This document shows positions 1 to 7,849 of a stretch of DNA of 32,000 bases, one piece after another; positions within the stretch are counted from its first letter, which is position 1, and each line of letters begins with the position of its first letter. This stretch comes from an uncultured archaeon (GTDB lineage Archaea > Iainarchaeota > Iainarchaeia > Iainarchaeales > 0-14-0-20-30-16), in contig CAZMGA010000003.1 of assembly GCA_964565725.1 (NCBI GenBank), forward strand, positions 1-32,000, written 5' to 3'. A program made the translations under genes and the position numbers. The notes beneath the pieces were generated by a model that ran no database searches, had not been told where the DNA came from, and was given only the letters and a program-made list of their open reading frames with translations.

Positions 1-66
1 AAGTTATGCAAAAGGAAATGCAAAAGAAGATGAAAAAGAAATTTAAATTAAAATAATTGGGATTAA

Positions 67-873
67 ATGATTTCTATAATAAAATTTATTATTGTATTAA
101 TTGCTAGTTTAATTGCAGCATATACAGATTATAAAACAGGTTATATTTATGATTGGTTAACTTATCCTTTTATTGCAATAGGGTTTATTTTTTTATTTAT
201 TTCAAATAATATACTTATAGGTTTAATTCAATTTACAATAATTTTTGTTTTAGGGTTATTATTTTACAAATTTGGTAAAATTGGGGGAGGAGATTTAAAA
301 TATTTATTAGGAATTCCCTTATATTTTCCATTATATAACGGTTATCCTTTAATTTTATTTTTATTATTGTTTGCTTGTTTATTTTCAATAATTTTTTATG
401 GTATTTATTATTTAATATTTTTAATAAAAAATAAAGATAAAGAAATATTTAAAATAATTTTAATATGTTTATTTTTAGCAATATTATTTTCAGTAGGCAT
501 TTTATTTTTATTTAATTGGATTGTATCAGTTATATCTTTATTTTTATTATTTATATTTTTCTTTGTAATTTTATCTAAAGATAAAATATTAAATAAAGTT
601 TATAAACAAAAAATAAAGTTTTCAAAAGTTTTAAATGACGATTTAATAGATTTGAATTCAATAATAGTTAAACATAAAAATTTAAAAATTAAGAATGCTA
701 ATGATATGTATCCTTTAGACAAAAAAACATATGCTCTTTTAAAAGATAATTTAAACGCAAATGAATTAGTTTTTGTTTATAAAAATTTACCTATATTTGC
801 ACCATTTTTATTTTTTGGTTTTATAGCTAGTGTTTTATTTTTAAATTATTTTCATTTGCTTATTTTGGTTTAA
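67..873 (+). CDS. A24-family prepilin/preflagellin signal peptidase (FlaK/PibD-like), polytopic membrane protein
   Basis: 268-aa ORF made of hydrophobic spans. Candidate catalytic Asp contexts are AAYTDYKTGYIYD and GKIGGGDLKYLLGI (GxGD type). A soluble insertion lies before the last TM, as in FlaK-type enzymes. GGGAT at 59-63 sits 3 nt before the ATG. Confidence 0.75.
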   Translation: MISIIKFIIVLIASLIAAYTDYKTGYIYDWLTYPFIAIGFIFLFISNNILIGLIQFTIIFVLGLLFYKFGKIGGGDLKYLLGIPLYFPLYNGYPLILFLLLFACLFSIIFYGIYYLIFLIKNKDKEIFKIILICLFLAILFSVGILFLFNWIVSVISLFLLFIFFFVILSKDKILNKVYKQKIKFSKVLNDDLIDLNSIIVKHKNLKIKNANDMYPLDKKTYALLKDNLNANELVFVYKNLPIFAPFLFFGFIASVLFLNYFHLLILV

Positions 874-2470
874 ACATAAAGTAAATTATAAATCCTAAAA
901 TAATGACTATTCCAATTATTATAGTCCAAGTATAATTAAAATTAGATTTTAAATTTGTGGATGCAATACTAGTTTGTTCGTTATAATATATTTTACAACT
1001 TGCTTGTCCTCCATTATATCCTACATTTAATTCTTTATTATAATTTGTAGATTCATTAGGATTTAAAGCTGTATTAATTGTTTCATTACTATAAATTACA
1101 TTATTTAATGTGATAATTATATTGTAATTGTTCATAGTTGTGTTTCCAATATTTGAATAATTACAAGTTATATTGGCATTATGACCTTCACGACTATTTA
1201 TTATTATAGAATTCATTTTAGGAATTGCTTTTTTTAATTCTATGCTTGTGTTATTTGTTATTTTTGTAGTATTATTATAGGTTTTATTTTCTTGATTCAT
1301 AATGTAATATGAGGTTTGTTTTGAATTGTCAGAAGTGTTTGTTTCTACACTATTATAAATTACATTACATTTAATTAAATGATAACCAGTGGTTAAAAAA
1401 GTATATGTGGTTTCGTAAGTATAAGTGTTAAATGGTGCTAAAGATTCAGATATTATTTTAGAGTCAATTTTTAAACTATCTACGTAGGTTTCTATAGTGT
1501 AATTTCCTATCGTTGCTTTTTGACCAGTATTTTGAATTACACATTTTATTTTATTACTTTGATTTACTATTGGAGGTACTGAATTTAATGTTGCTAAATC
1601 TAATTTTAAATTAGGATAATTCAAATTATTAATATAATTAGTAATATTTACTTCTTCATATATATTTGTAGTATCTACTTCTATTTCTATTGTTTTTTTA
1701 TCATTATCATTTTCAGTATCTTCATCATCTGAATCGTCTGGATCCCAATTAATTTTACAACCAACTTCTAATTCGTCATTGTCATAACTTAATGGTATAG
1801 TATATAAATATTTTTTTGTTTTTTTTGATCCCGAATCAATACTGCTTATTTTAGTAGTATCTACTTTTTTACCATCTATATACCAGTATAAATCAATATC
1901 TCCATCATCATTATCAGCATCATCATTTCCATAATTGATGTATGTACAAGTAATCTCTATTTCTTGTCCTAATAATGGTTCATCATCATCTACTGATACT
2001 TTTGAAATGCCCAAATCTATTCCTTTGCTATCATAATCTGCATCAGTCTCTACAGTAATGTATGAACTATCGTTATCTTCATTTTTATCTGTCATTTCAT
2101 CATAATCAGCATCTAAATCATAATCTGTAATTTCGCACCCAAATTCAATTTCAGTATCATCTTCATCAGTTTCAAATTCAAAAGAATATGTTTCTTTATC
2201 TCCTTTATCTAATGATTCATCATCATAGCTTTCAGTTTCATCTTCTTCATGTTCCCCATTCATATAAAAAGTAATTTCTAATTCATCAAATTCTACATCC
2301 TCACCTAAATTTTCTACAACACATTTTACTTTTACAATATCTCCAGAATCAGGAGAGCTAGGGGAAATACTAACAATAGTTTTTAAATCAAAATCTTCAG
2401 CAAAACTAAAATTTGTTAAAAATATTGTAAAAAACAAAAAAAGAATACCAAAAAACATTTTTTTATACAT
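860..2470 (-). CDS. Secreted, C-terminally anchored surface protein with four CARDB/Ig-like repeats
   Basis: Signal-like N-terminus MYKKMFFGILFLFFTIFLTNFSFA. Four roughly 80-aa repeats are each bracketed by a Cys pair (KCVVEN..GCEI, TCTYIN..GCKI, KCVIQN..KCNV, TCNYSN..SCKI). C-terminal TM plus basic tail WTIIIGIVIILGFIIYFMFKPK. Start moved from the track's TTG (2482) to ATG 2470 because GAGG lies inside the TTG-AGG-CTT-AAC leader. Confidence 0.6.
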   Translation of the reverse strand: MYKKMFFGILFLFFTIFLTNFSFAEDFDLKTIVSISPSSPDSGDIVKVKCVVENLGEDVEFDELEITFYMNGEHEEDETESYDDESLDKGDKETYSFEFETDEDDTEIEFGCEITDYDLDADYDEMTDKNEDNDSSYITVETDADYDSKGIDLGISKVSVDDDEPLLGQEIEITCTYINYGNDDADNDDGDIDLYWYIDGKKVDTTKISSIDSGSKKTKKYLYTIPLSYDNDELEVGCKINWDPDDSDDEDTENDNDKKTIEIEVDTTNIYEEVNITNYINNLNYPNLKLDLATLNSVPPIVNQSNKIKCVIQNTGQKATIGNYTIETYVDSLKIDSKIISESLAPFNTYTYETTYTFLTTGYHLIKCNVIYNSVETNTSDNSKQTSYYIMNQENKTYNNTTKITNNTSIELKKAIPKMNSIIINSREGHNANITCNYSNIGNTTMNNYNIIITLNNVIYSNETINTALNPNESTNYNKELNVGYNGGQASCKIYYNEQTSIASTNLKSNFNYTWTIIIGIVIILGFIIYFMFKPK

Positions 2471-2525
2471 GTTAAGCCTCAAATATTTAATATAAATATA
2501 TATTTAAAGTTATATAAATTGGTTT

Positions 2526-2936
2526 CTATTTTACTTTATATTCATCCCATTTAATTTTTTTTGATAAAATGGTTTCTTTTAAGTTTTTTTCTTGTTTGTT
2601 TAATTTAGAATTTCCTGATTTTATTTCTAAAAATATAACTTCTTTAATGTTATTTTCATCGGCACCTTTAAAAACAATAAAATCTATCGGTTTGCCTAAA
2701 AATTTACATTCTGTTGGAGAATAAGGAAAATTTGGAAAATAAGGTGCAATATTTTCTGAAAATTGGCCTGTTAATATCGCTCTTGAACGTTTAATTGCAT
2801 CTTCTCTTTCAGTTTTTAAAATTAATTCTAATTTTTTCTCAAATTTGTTTTTTAAAAATAAAATACCTATAATTAAACCTAAAATTAAAGCAATTATTCC
2901 TATAATAAATATCAAGACAATTGTTAATAAATTCAT
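2526..2936 (-). CDS. Membrane-tethered PD-(D/E)xK nuclease related to archaeal Holliday-junction resolvase (COG4741-like)
   Basis: N-terminal TM (LLTIVLIFIIGIIALILGLIIGILFL) followed by KNKFEKK. The C-terminal domain carries KPIDFIVF ... VIFLEIKSG, a D...ExK arrangement. The overall pattern matches my recollection of the COG4741 / Endonuc_Holl family. Confidence 0.55.
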   Translation of the reverse strand: MNLLTIVLIFIIGIIALILGLIIGILFLKNKFEKKLELILKTEREDAIKRSRAILTGQFSENIAPYFPNFPYSPTECKFLGKPIDFIVFKGADENNIKEVIFLEIKSGNSKLNKQEKNLKETILSKKIKWDEYKVK

Positions 2937-3007
2937 ATATAAACTAATTTGTACTCTTTTAAAATCTTTTCTCCTTTTATATATATTATTTTTATTATTT
3001 TATAATT

Positions 3008-3014
3008 AGGTGAT
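3008..3014 (+). promoter_or_regulatory. Shine-Dalgarno-like AGGTGAT, 3 nt before the tyrS ATG
   Basis: AGGTGAT-TTT-ATG. It is complementary to the conserved archaeal 16S 3' end (..GAUCACCUCC). Confidence 0.6.
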
Positions 3015-3017
3015 TTT

Positions 3018-4055
3018 ATGAATACAGAGCAAAAATATGATTTAATAGTTAGAAATTTACAAGAAGTAATGGATGAAAAACAATTAAAAGAAATATTAGA
3101 AAAAAGGGATTTATCTTTATATTGGGGAACTGCCCCAACAGGTAAAATTCATATTGGTTATTTAATTCCTTTTACAAAATTAGCTGATTTTTTAGAAGCT
3201 GGTTGTGAAGTTAAAATATTATTGGCTGATTTACATGCTTTTTTAGATTCTCAAAAAACACCTTGGGAATTATTAGATGCAAGAACTTTATATTACGAAC
3301 AAGTAATTAAAGAAACTTTGAAAGCATTGAAAGTTGATATAACAAAATTAAAATTTTTTAAAGGTACTGAATATCAATTAACAAAGGAATTTAGTTTAGA
3401 TTTATATAGATTTACAAGTATAACTACAGTTTCAGAAGGTATAAAAGCAGGTGCTGAAGTTGTAAAACAAAGTGAAAATCCGAGATTGGCGCCAGTATTA
3501 TATCCTTTATTACAATCTTTGGATGAAGAATATTTAAAAGTTGACGCTCAGTTTGGGGGTACAGACCAAAGAAAAATATTTGTTTTGGCTCATGAATTTT
3601 TGCCAAAGTTAGGGTATAAAAAAAGAATACATTTAATGAATCCAATGCTTCCTGGGTTGCAAGGTTCAAAAATGAGTTCAAGTGATGCAAATTCAAAAAT
3701 CGATTTGTTAGATTCTCCAGAAATAATAAAAAAGAAATTAAATAATGCTTTTTGTCCTGAAGGTATAATTGAAGATAATGGTGTATTAACATTTATTAAA
3801 TATGCTTTATTTCCTTATTTAAATAGAGTAAATGAAACTTTTGATGTTGAAAGACCAGAAAAATTTGGTGGAAATATATCTTTCAAAAATTATGAGGAAT
3901 TAGAACAAACATTTATCTCTAAAAAAATACATCCTTTAGATGTTAAAAATACAATGTCTAAATATTTAACACAGATTTTAGAGCCTGTTAGAAAAGCATT
4001 TGATGATTCAAATTATAAAGATAATTTGGAAAAAGCATATTCTAATGAAAAATAA
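3018..4055 (+). CDS. tyrS: Tyrosyl-tRNA synthetase (archaeal/eukaryotic type)
   Basis: HIGH-type motif PTGKIHIGY and KMSKS-type motif GSKMSSS. Collinear with recalled M. jannaschii and human TyrRS catalytic and anticodon-binding domains (e.g. KAGAEVVKQ, LDEEYLKVDAQFGG, RPEKFGG). Confidence 0.93.
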   Translation: MNTEQKYDLIVRNLQEVMDEKQLKEILEKRDLSLYWGTAPTGKIHIGYLIPFTKLADFLEAGCEVKILLADLHAFLDSQKTPWELLDARTLYYEQVIKETLKALKVDITKLKFFKGTEYQLTKEFSLDLYRFTSITTVSEGIKAGAEVVKQSENPRLAPVLYPLLQSLDEEYLKVDAQFGGTDQRKIFVLAHEFLPKLGYKKRIHLMNPMLPGLQGSKMSSSDANSKIDLLDSPEIIKKKLNNAFCPEGIIEDNGVLTFIKYALFPYLNRVNETFDVERPEKFGGNISFKNYEELEQTFISKKIHPLDVKNTMSKYLTQILEPVRKAFDDSNYKDNLEKAYSNEK

Positions 4056-4082
4056 AAAGTAGAACTATTATGAAAAGTTTTT

Positions 4083-4087
4083 AAAAA
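4083..4087 (-). terminator. Oligo-T tract directly after the tRNA discriminator base
   Basis: The minus strand reads ..CUUGGCA-TTTTT. Oligo-T is the usual archaeal termination signal. No CCA is encoded. Confidence 0.4.
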
Positions 4088-4259
4088 TGCCAAGAGGGAG
4101 ACTCGAACACCCGACCTCCAGATTTCCCACGATATTTTTCCTTTTTAAAAGAAAAAGTCAATAATCTATTTTAATCATTGTATGTAAAGACATACTCATC
4201 ATTCATAACGATATAATATGTTATGAGTCTGGCACTCTAACCAACTGAGCTACCTTGGC
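4088..4259 (-). tRNA. tRNA with anticodon CAU (elongator Met or Ile2), interrupted by a 98-nt intron at 37/38
   Basis: Hand-folded cloverleaf. Acceptor GCCAAGG/UCUUGGC (one G-U), D arm GCUC-AGUUGGUUA-GAGU, anticodon stem CCAGA/UCUGG, loop CUCAUA|A, variable AGGUC, T arm GGGUG-UUCGAGU-CUCCC (one U-U), discriminator A. Exons are 4222-4259 and 4088-4123. This is the only GC-rich island in the window. Confidence 0.9.
4124..4221 (-). other. tRNA intron (98 nt) with a bulge-helix-bulge-compatible junction
   Basis: C32-A35 (CUCA) can pair with the intron 3' UGGG. This leaves 3-nt bulges UA|A and AA|A separated by 4 bp. Internal perfect hairpin GUAUGU-CUUU-ACAUAC (4180-4195) and an A/U hairpin (4135-4156). 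Confidence 0.75.
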
Positions 4260-4385
4260 ATTATCCTTTTCTTTTTTAAAAGAAAGGTTTAAATTTGTCT
4301 AAAGAAAACATATAACTTAAAGTTGTATTCTTTTTAGCAGTTAATATTAAAATAATTTGAATGGAAACTATTATAAAGTATACTT

Positions 4386-5399
4386 TTATTTGGATTTTAA
4401 CAAATAATCCTTTTCTCTTTCTTCTAAATTGTATTTTGTATTGTAAAATAATTCACAAATATATAAACAATCATTAATTCTGGTGTCTTTTTTTGGCACA
4501 ATCATATTAAAGTTTTTATTTTCTTTACAAAGAATAGGTAAAATCATATTTGTACAATTTAAATCTAAAGGGGTTTCTCTTTCATATAAACTTATTAATT
4601 TATCTGCTAATTCTTTACCTAATTGAGTTGGTTGCTTTTTTGAAGAAGATAAATTTGTACCCATAAGTGTATTTTCATATCTAATTATTACATCAGCCCC
4701 AAATCCTTTGTTTTTATCTCTATTTTCTACAAAAGTATTCAAAAATTCATTAACTTTTATTTCTTTTGGATTTAATGTGTTTTTTATACCTTCTAATATA
4801 TATTCATTTATTATTTCTTTATGACCATATGAATGTATATCTATAGTAATATGTTCTAAGTCTCCTTTTTCTAATAATTCAAAATTTTTTATTTTACTTG
4901 ATTTTTTTATATGTAGAATAATTTTACCTTGATCTTTATCATATCCTCTTTTTGTAATTTCAATTTTAAAATTTAATCCTATTTTTGAGAACATAGGACA
5001 AATTATATTTTTAAAATAATCAGCACTTAATTTGTTTTCAGAATTTGTTGGTCCTAATAAACCAATATTCATATCTTCATTATAATAAAGTATAAATAAA
5101 TACGGTAATAAAACTGTTAATAAGGAAGGATATTTAAATGAAATTAATGGAGCTTTTCTTATTATTTTTGGAGAAAAAGTATATTCTGTTGATCCTTCTT
5201 TTATACCATTAACTTCTGCGTTTGAAATCTGTTTTAAAATTTCTAAATAAATGGTATCTTCATAGGTTAAGCCAGGTTTTTCATCATTAATTCGTATATT
5301 TTTTACTTGAATTGCTTTATTTTCACATATAGCCAATGTTGTTGCTAATCTCATTGTAAATCCTGAATGATTTTTATTTGCGTCAATTTCTAAAAACAT
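4386..5399 (-). CDS. RNA 3'-terminal phosphate cyclase-fold protein (RtcA/Rcl1 family), probably non-catalytic
   Basis: Typical length of 337 aa and collinear with recalled E. coli RtcA (VKNIRINDEKPGL vs ITSIRAGRAKPGL; MILPILC vs LVLPMAL). The GGGQ motif and the C-terminal His-containing motif (SCHLLTN) are not recognisable. GTGAT at 5403-5407 lies 3 nt before the ATG. Confidence 0.6.
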   Translation of the reverse strand: MFLEIDANKNHSGFTMRLATTLAICENKAIQVKNIRINDEKPGLTYEDTIYLEILKQISNAEVNGIKEGSTEYTFSPKIIRKAPLISFKYPSLLTVLLPYLFILYYNEDMNIGLLGPTNSENKLSADYFKNIICPMFSKIGLNFKIEITKRGYDKDQGKIILHIKKSSKIKNFELLEKGDLEHITIDIHSYGHKEIINEYILEGIKNTLNPKEIKVNEFLNTFVENRDKNKGFGADVIIRYENTLMGTNLSSSKKQPTQLGKELADKLISLYERETPLDLNCTNMILPILCKENKNFNMIVPKKDTRINDCLYICELFYNTKYNLEEREKDYLLKSK

Positions 5400-5509
5400 G
5401 TTATCACTGTGTTAACCGTTATATAATAATATACTTTGGCTTTATAAATATAATCCTAATTTAATAAATAAATATTTAAATATGATTAGAATTGTATATA
5501 TACGATAGT

Positions 5510-6529
5510 ATGAGCTTTTTAATAATTGGAAATAAATTGGAGTCTTTATTGTTGGCTGATTATTTATACGAACGTGGTTGGCCTGTAACATTAATATCTA
5601 GGTTTAAATTTGAATACTCTACATTAACTGAATTAGCAGATCCTAAAGAATTAGAAGAAATAGGATTTAATTATTCTTCAGGAGTTTTGTGTGAAATTAA
5701 AAAAATGAAGATTATAGATATAGATAATAATATACGAGAACAAGAAACAAATACAGTTTTATTAGATACTTCTGTTTATTGCAAACTTTTATATAATAAA
5801 TTAAAATCTAAATGTGTTTTTATAGAGGATTCAAATTATATAGATAAAAATAATGAAAATGTTTTTATTCAACAAGGTGTTCATGGCACATTATTAAAAT
5901 TAAAATATGTTTTTTCTCTTAATGATTATAATGTAATATCAAAAAAAGAAAATAAAAAATGTATAAAAGCAAGTTTATGTATGCCTGGAAAAATTGGAGA
6001 ATTAGTATTGAAATTTTTACCAACTGGTTATATGTGGTATGTAAATTATACTGAAAATGTTGCTGAATTGTGTATTATTTCTGAAGACCCTGAAAAAGAA
6101 TTTAATTTGTTTTTAGAAACTAGCAAAGCAAAATTAATAAGTCATAAAGGTTTATTATTACCAATATACAAAAATGAAAGAATATTGGATAATAATTCTT
6201 TATATTATGGTGGGGATTGTGCTTTAATAAATAATAATTTTAATTTTTATAATTTTGTTTTTAAGATAAGATTTAATAAATTAACTTGTAATTATGCACA
6301 TGAATTAATGTTTAAAAAAAATATAAGTTATTATTTAATTACAAAAGATATAGATTCTGAATTGCATTATTTAGAAAAAGAAGGAAACATTTTTTGGAAT
6401 TTAAATGATAAAAAGAAAAATGAAATTATTAAAAAAATGGACTTTAAAAGATTTGCATTAGATTTTAGTTCGGGTTTTAAAAATTCATCTAAATTATCAA
6501 AAATAAATTTGAAATTATTATTTAAATGA
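5510..6529 (+). CDS. Geranylgeranyl-reductase/FAD-oxidoreductase-like protein with degenerate dinucleotide-binding motif
   Basis: MSFLIIGNKLESLLLADYLYERGWPVTLI aligns with the Rossmann beta-alpha-beta but has GNKLES in place of GxGxxG. LPTGYMWYV and YYGGDCALI resemble GGR-family PGGYxWxFP and GDAAG motifs. Start moved from TTG 5492 to ATG 5510; a TATA-like ATATTTAAATAT lies at 5472-5483. Confidence 0.4.
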   Translation: MSFLIIGNKLESLLLADYLYERGWPVTLISRFKFEYSTLTELADPKELEEIGFNYSSGVLCEIKKMKIIDIDNNIREQETNTVLLDTSVYCKLLYNKLKSKCVFIEDSNYIDKNNENVFIQQGVHGTLLKLKYVFSLNDYNVISKKENKKCIKASLCMPGKIGELVLKFLPTGYMWYVNYTENVAELCIISEDPEKEFNLFLETSKAKLISHKGLLLPIYKNERILDNNSLYYGGDCALINNNFNFYNFVFKIRFNKLTCNYAHELMFKKNISYYLITKDIDSELHYLEKEGNIFWNLNDKKKNEIIKKMDFKRFALDFSSGFKNSSKLSKINLKLLFK

Positions 6530-7794
6530 TTGTTATGAGTTTCTTTATAAAAACTTTTGGTTGCGCTTCAAATATTGCAGATAGTGAATATGTTAAGAAC
6601 GAATTAAAACTGGCTGGATTAAAAGAAACTAATGAAATCGATGCTGAATTTATAATAGTAAATACTTGTGTAGTTAAAGGCCCTACAATAAACAAAATAA
6701 AAAATTATATTTTTAATCTAAAAAACCCAAAATACAACATAATAATTATGGGCTGTATGCCTTCTGATAAAAAAACAATTATAGAGTTCAAAAAATATTC
6801 TATATTAACGCCTTATAACTTAGACGAAATTCTTAGTTTAATTTTTTATATAAAAGCTAATAAAAAATCAAAACATATTTTAAGTCCTAAAAAATTAGAT
6901 AAAACCCAATTTTCTTTTGAAAATAAAGATTATGCTATAATTCAACCATTAATAGGTTGTTTAGGTAATTGTAATTATTGTAGAACTAAATTAGCAAAAC
7001 CCTTATTTTATAGTTATCCTTTGGAAAATATTTTAAATAGAATTGATTATTATATAAAAAAAGGAGTAAAAGAAATTTGGATTAGTTCTGAAGATAATGC
7101 AGCATATGGGTTAGATATAGGTTTGAATTATATGATTTTATTAAATGCAATTGAAAATAAGTTTGCGGGCAAAGCTATGTTTAGATTTGGAATGGCAAAT
7201 CCTTGGTTATTAAAAACTTATGCTAAAGAATTGGTAAATTTTATTAAAAATTCTAAAGCATTTTATAAATTTTTACATATACCTATACAAAGTGCATCTA
7301 CAAATGTATTAAAAGCAATGAATAGACCTTATACTAATAAAGATTTACATGCTTTTTTTAAAATTTTAAGAAAATTAAATTACAAGGAATTGACTTTATC
7401 AACAGATATAATTTTAGGTTATTATAATGAAACAGAGTATGATTTTAAAAAAACTTTAAAATTTATTAATAAATATGATTTTTTAATAGTAAATATTTCT
7501 CAATTGTGGGTTTTGCCAAATACAGAAGTTGCAACACATAAACAATTACCTACAGAAATAAAAAAAGAAAGGAGTAGAATTTCAACAATGAATGTTGAAA
7601 ACAAGTCAAAAAAATTGTTAACTAGTTTTTTGGGTAAAAAAGTAGAAGTTTATTTTAATAAAATAGATTCTGATAATAATTATTTAGGTAGAACGAGAAA
7701 TTATATATCTGTAATTAGTAAATCGAAACAAGAATTAAATGTTTGGAAAGAAGTAAAAATAAATAGTGTTGAAAATTTTCATTTATTATGTTAA
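6526..7794 (+). CDS. MiaB-like radical-SAM tRNA methylthiotransferase (archaeal/eukaryotic MtaB-CDKAL1 type)
   Basis: N-terminal MTTase cysteines (FGCASNIADSE, NTCVVK, MGCMP), radical-SAM CLGNCNYC, and a C-terminal TRAM-like segment GKKVEVYF. The ATGA overlaps the upstream stop; the alternative start is ATG 6535. Confidence 0.85.
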   Translation: MIVMSFFIKTFGCASNIADSEYVKNELKLAGLKETNEIDAEFIIVNTCVVKGPTINKIKNYIFNLKNPKYNIIIMGCMPSDKKTIIEFKKYSILTPYNLDEILSLIFYIKANKKSKHILSPKKLDKTQFSFENKDYAIIQPLIGCLGNCNYCRTKLAKPLFYSYPLENILNRIDYYIKKGVKEIWISSEDNAAYGLDIGLNYMILLNAIENKFAGKAMFRFGMANPWLLKTYAKELVNFIKNSKAFYKFLHIPIQSASTNVLKAMNRPYTNKDLHAFFKILRKLNYKELTLSTDIILGYYNETEYDFKKTLKFINKYDFLIVNISQLWVLPNTEVATHKQLPTEIKKERSRISTMNVENKSKKLLTSFLGKKVEVYFNKIDSDNNYLGRTRNYISVISKSKQELNVWKEVKINSVENFHLLC

Positions 7795-7831
7795 ATAGTT
7801 AAAAAGAAAAATATATATATGTTATTGAAAT

Positions 7832-7849
7832 ATTATATTATAATATAAT
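7832..7849. promoter_or_regulatory. Perfect 18-bp palindrome ATTATATTATAATATAAT upstream of the surface-protein cluster
   Basis: All nine base pairs checked by hand. It lies between A/T-rich TATA-like sequence (7808-7820) and the AGAGGT SD (7853-7858), 15 nt before ATG 7865. Confidence 0.35.

Noticed and set aside
1-56. The 3' end of an upstream + strand gene at the window edge
   Set aside because: All three forward frames are open from position 1 and stop at 31-33, 44-46 or 54-56. With at most 18 codons visible, neither the frame nor the product can be supported.
4161-4202. Calling the tRNA intron a bona fide C/D-box guide sRNA
   Set aside because: An exact C box (AUGAUGA) and a C'-like AUGAUUA exist, but there is no CUGA D or D' box. 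The C-to-UUGA distance (33 nt) cannot hold the usual 12-nt guide, D', C', 12-nt guide layout. The only complementarity to the tRNA is 7 nt. It is kept as a possibility in findings, not as a feature.
4088-4259. Initiator tRNA-Met identity
   Set aside because: Archaeal initiators have an A1:U72 pair and three consecutive G:C pairs at the bottom of the anticodon stem. This tRNA has G1:C72 and a CCAGA/UCUGG stem. Elongator Met versus Ile2 (agmatidine) cannot be resolved by eye.
4135-4287. Two similar A/T hairpins (around 4135-4156 inside the intron and 4265-4287 just upstream of the tRNA) as a repeat family or mobile-intron footprint
   Set aside because: The shared core (tttttaaaagaaa) is low-complexity A/T sequence of only about 13 nt. 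This is insufficient to distinguish from chance in this composition.
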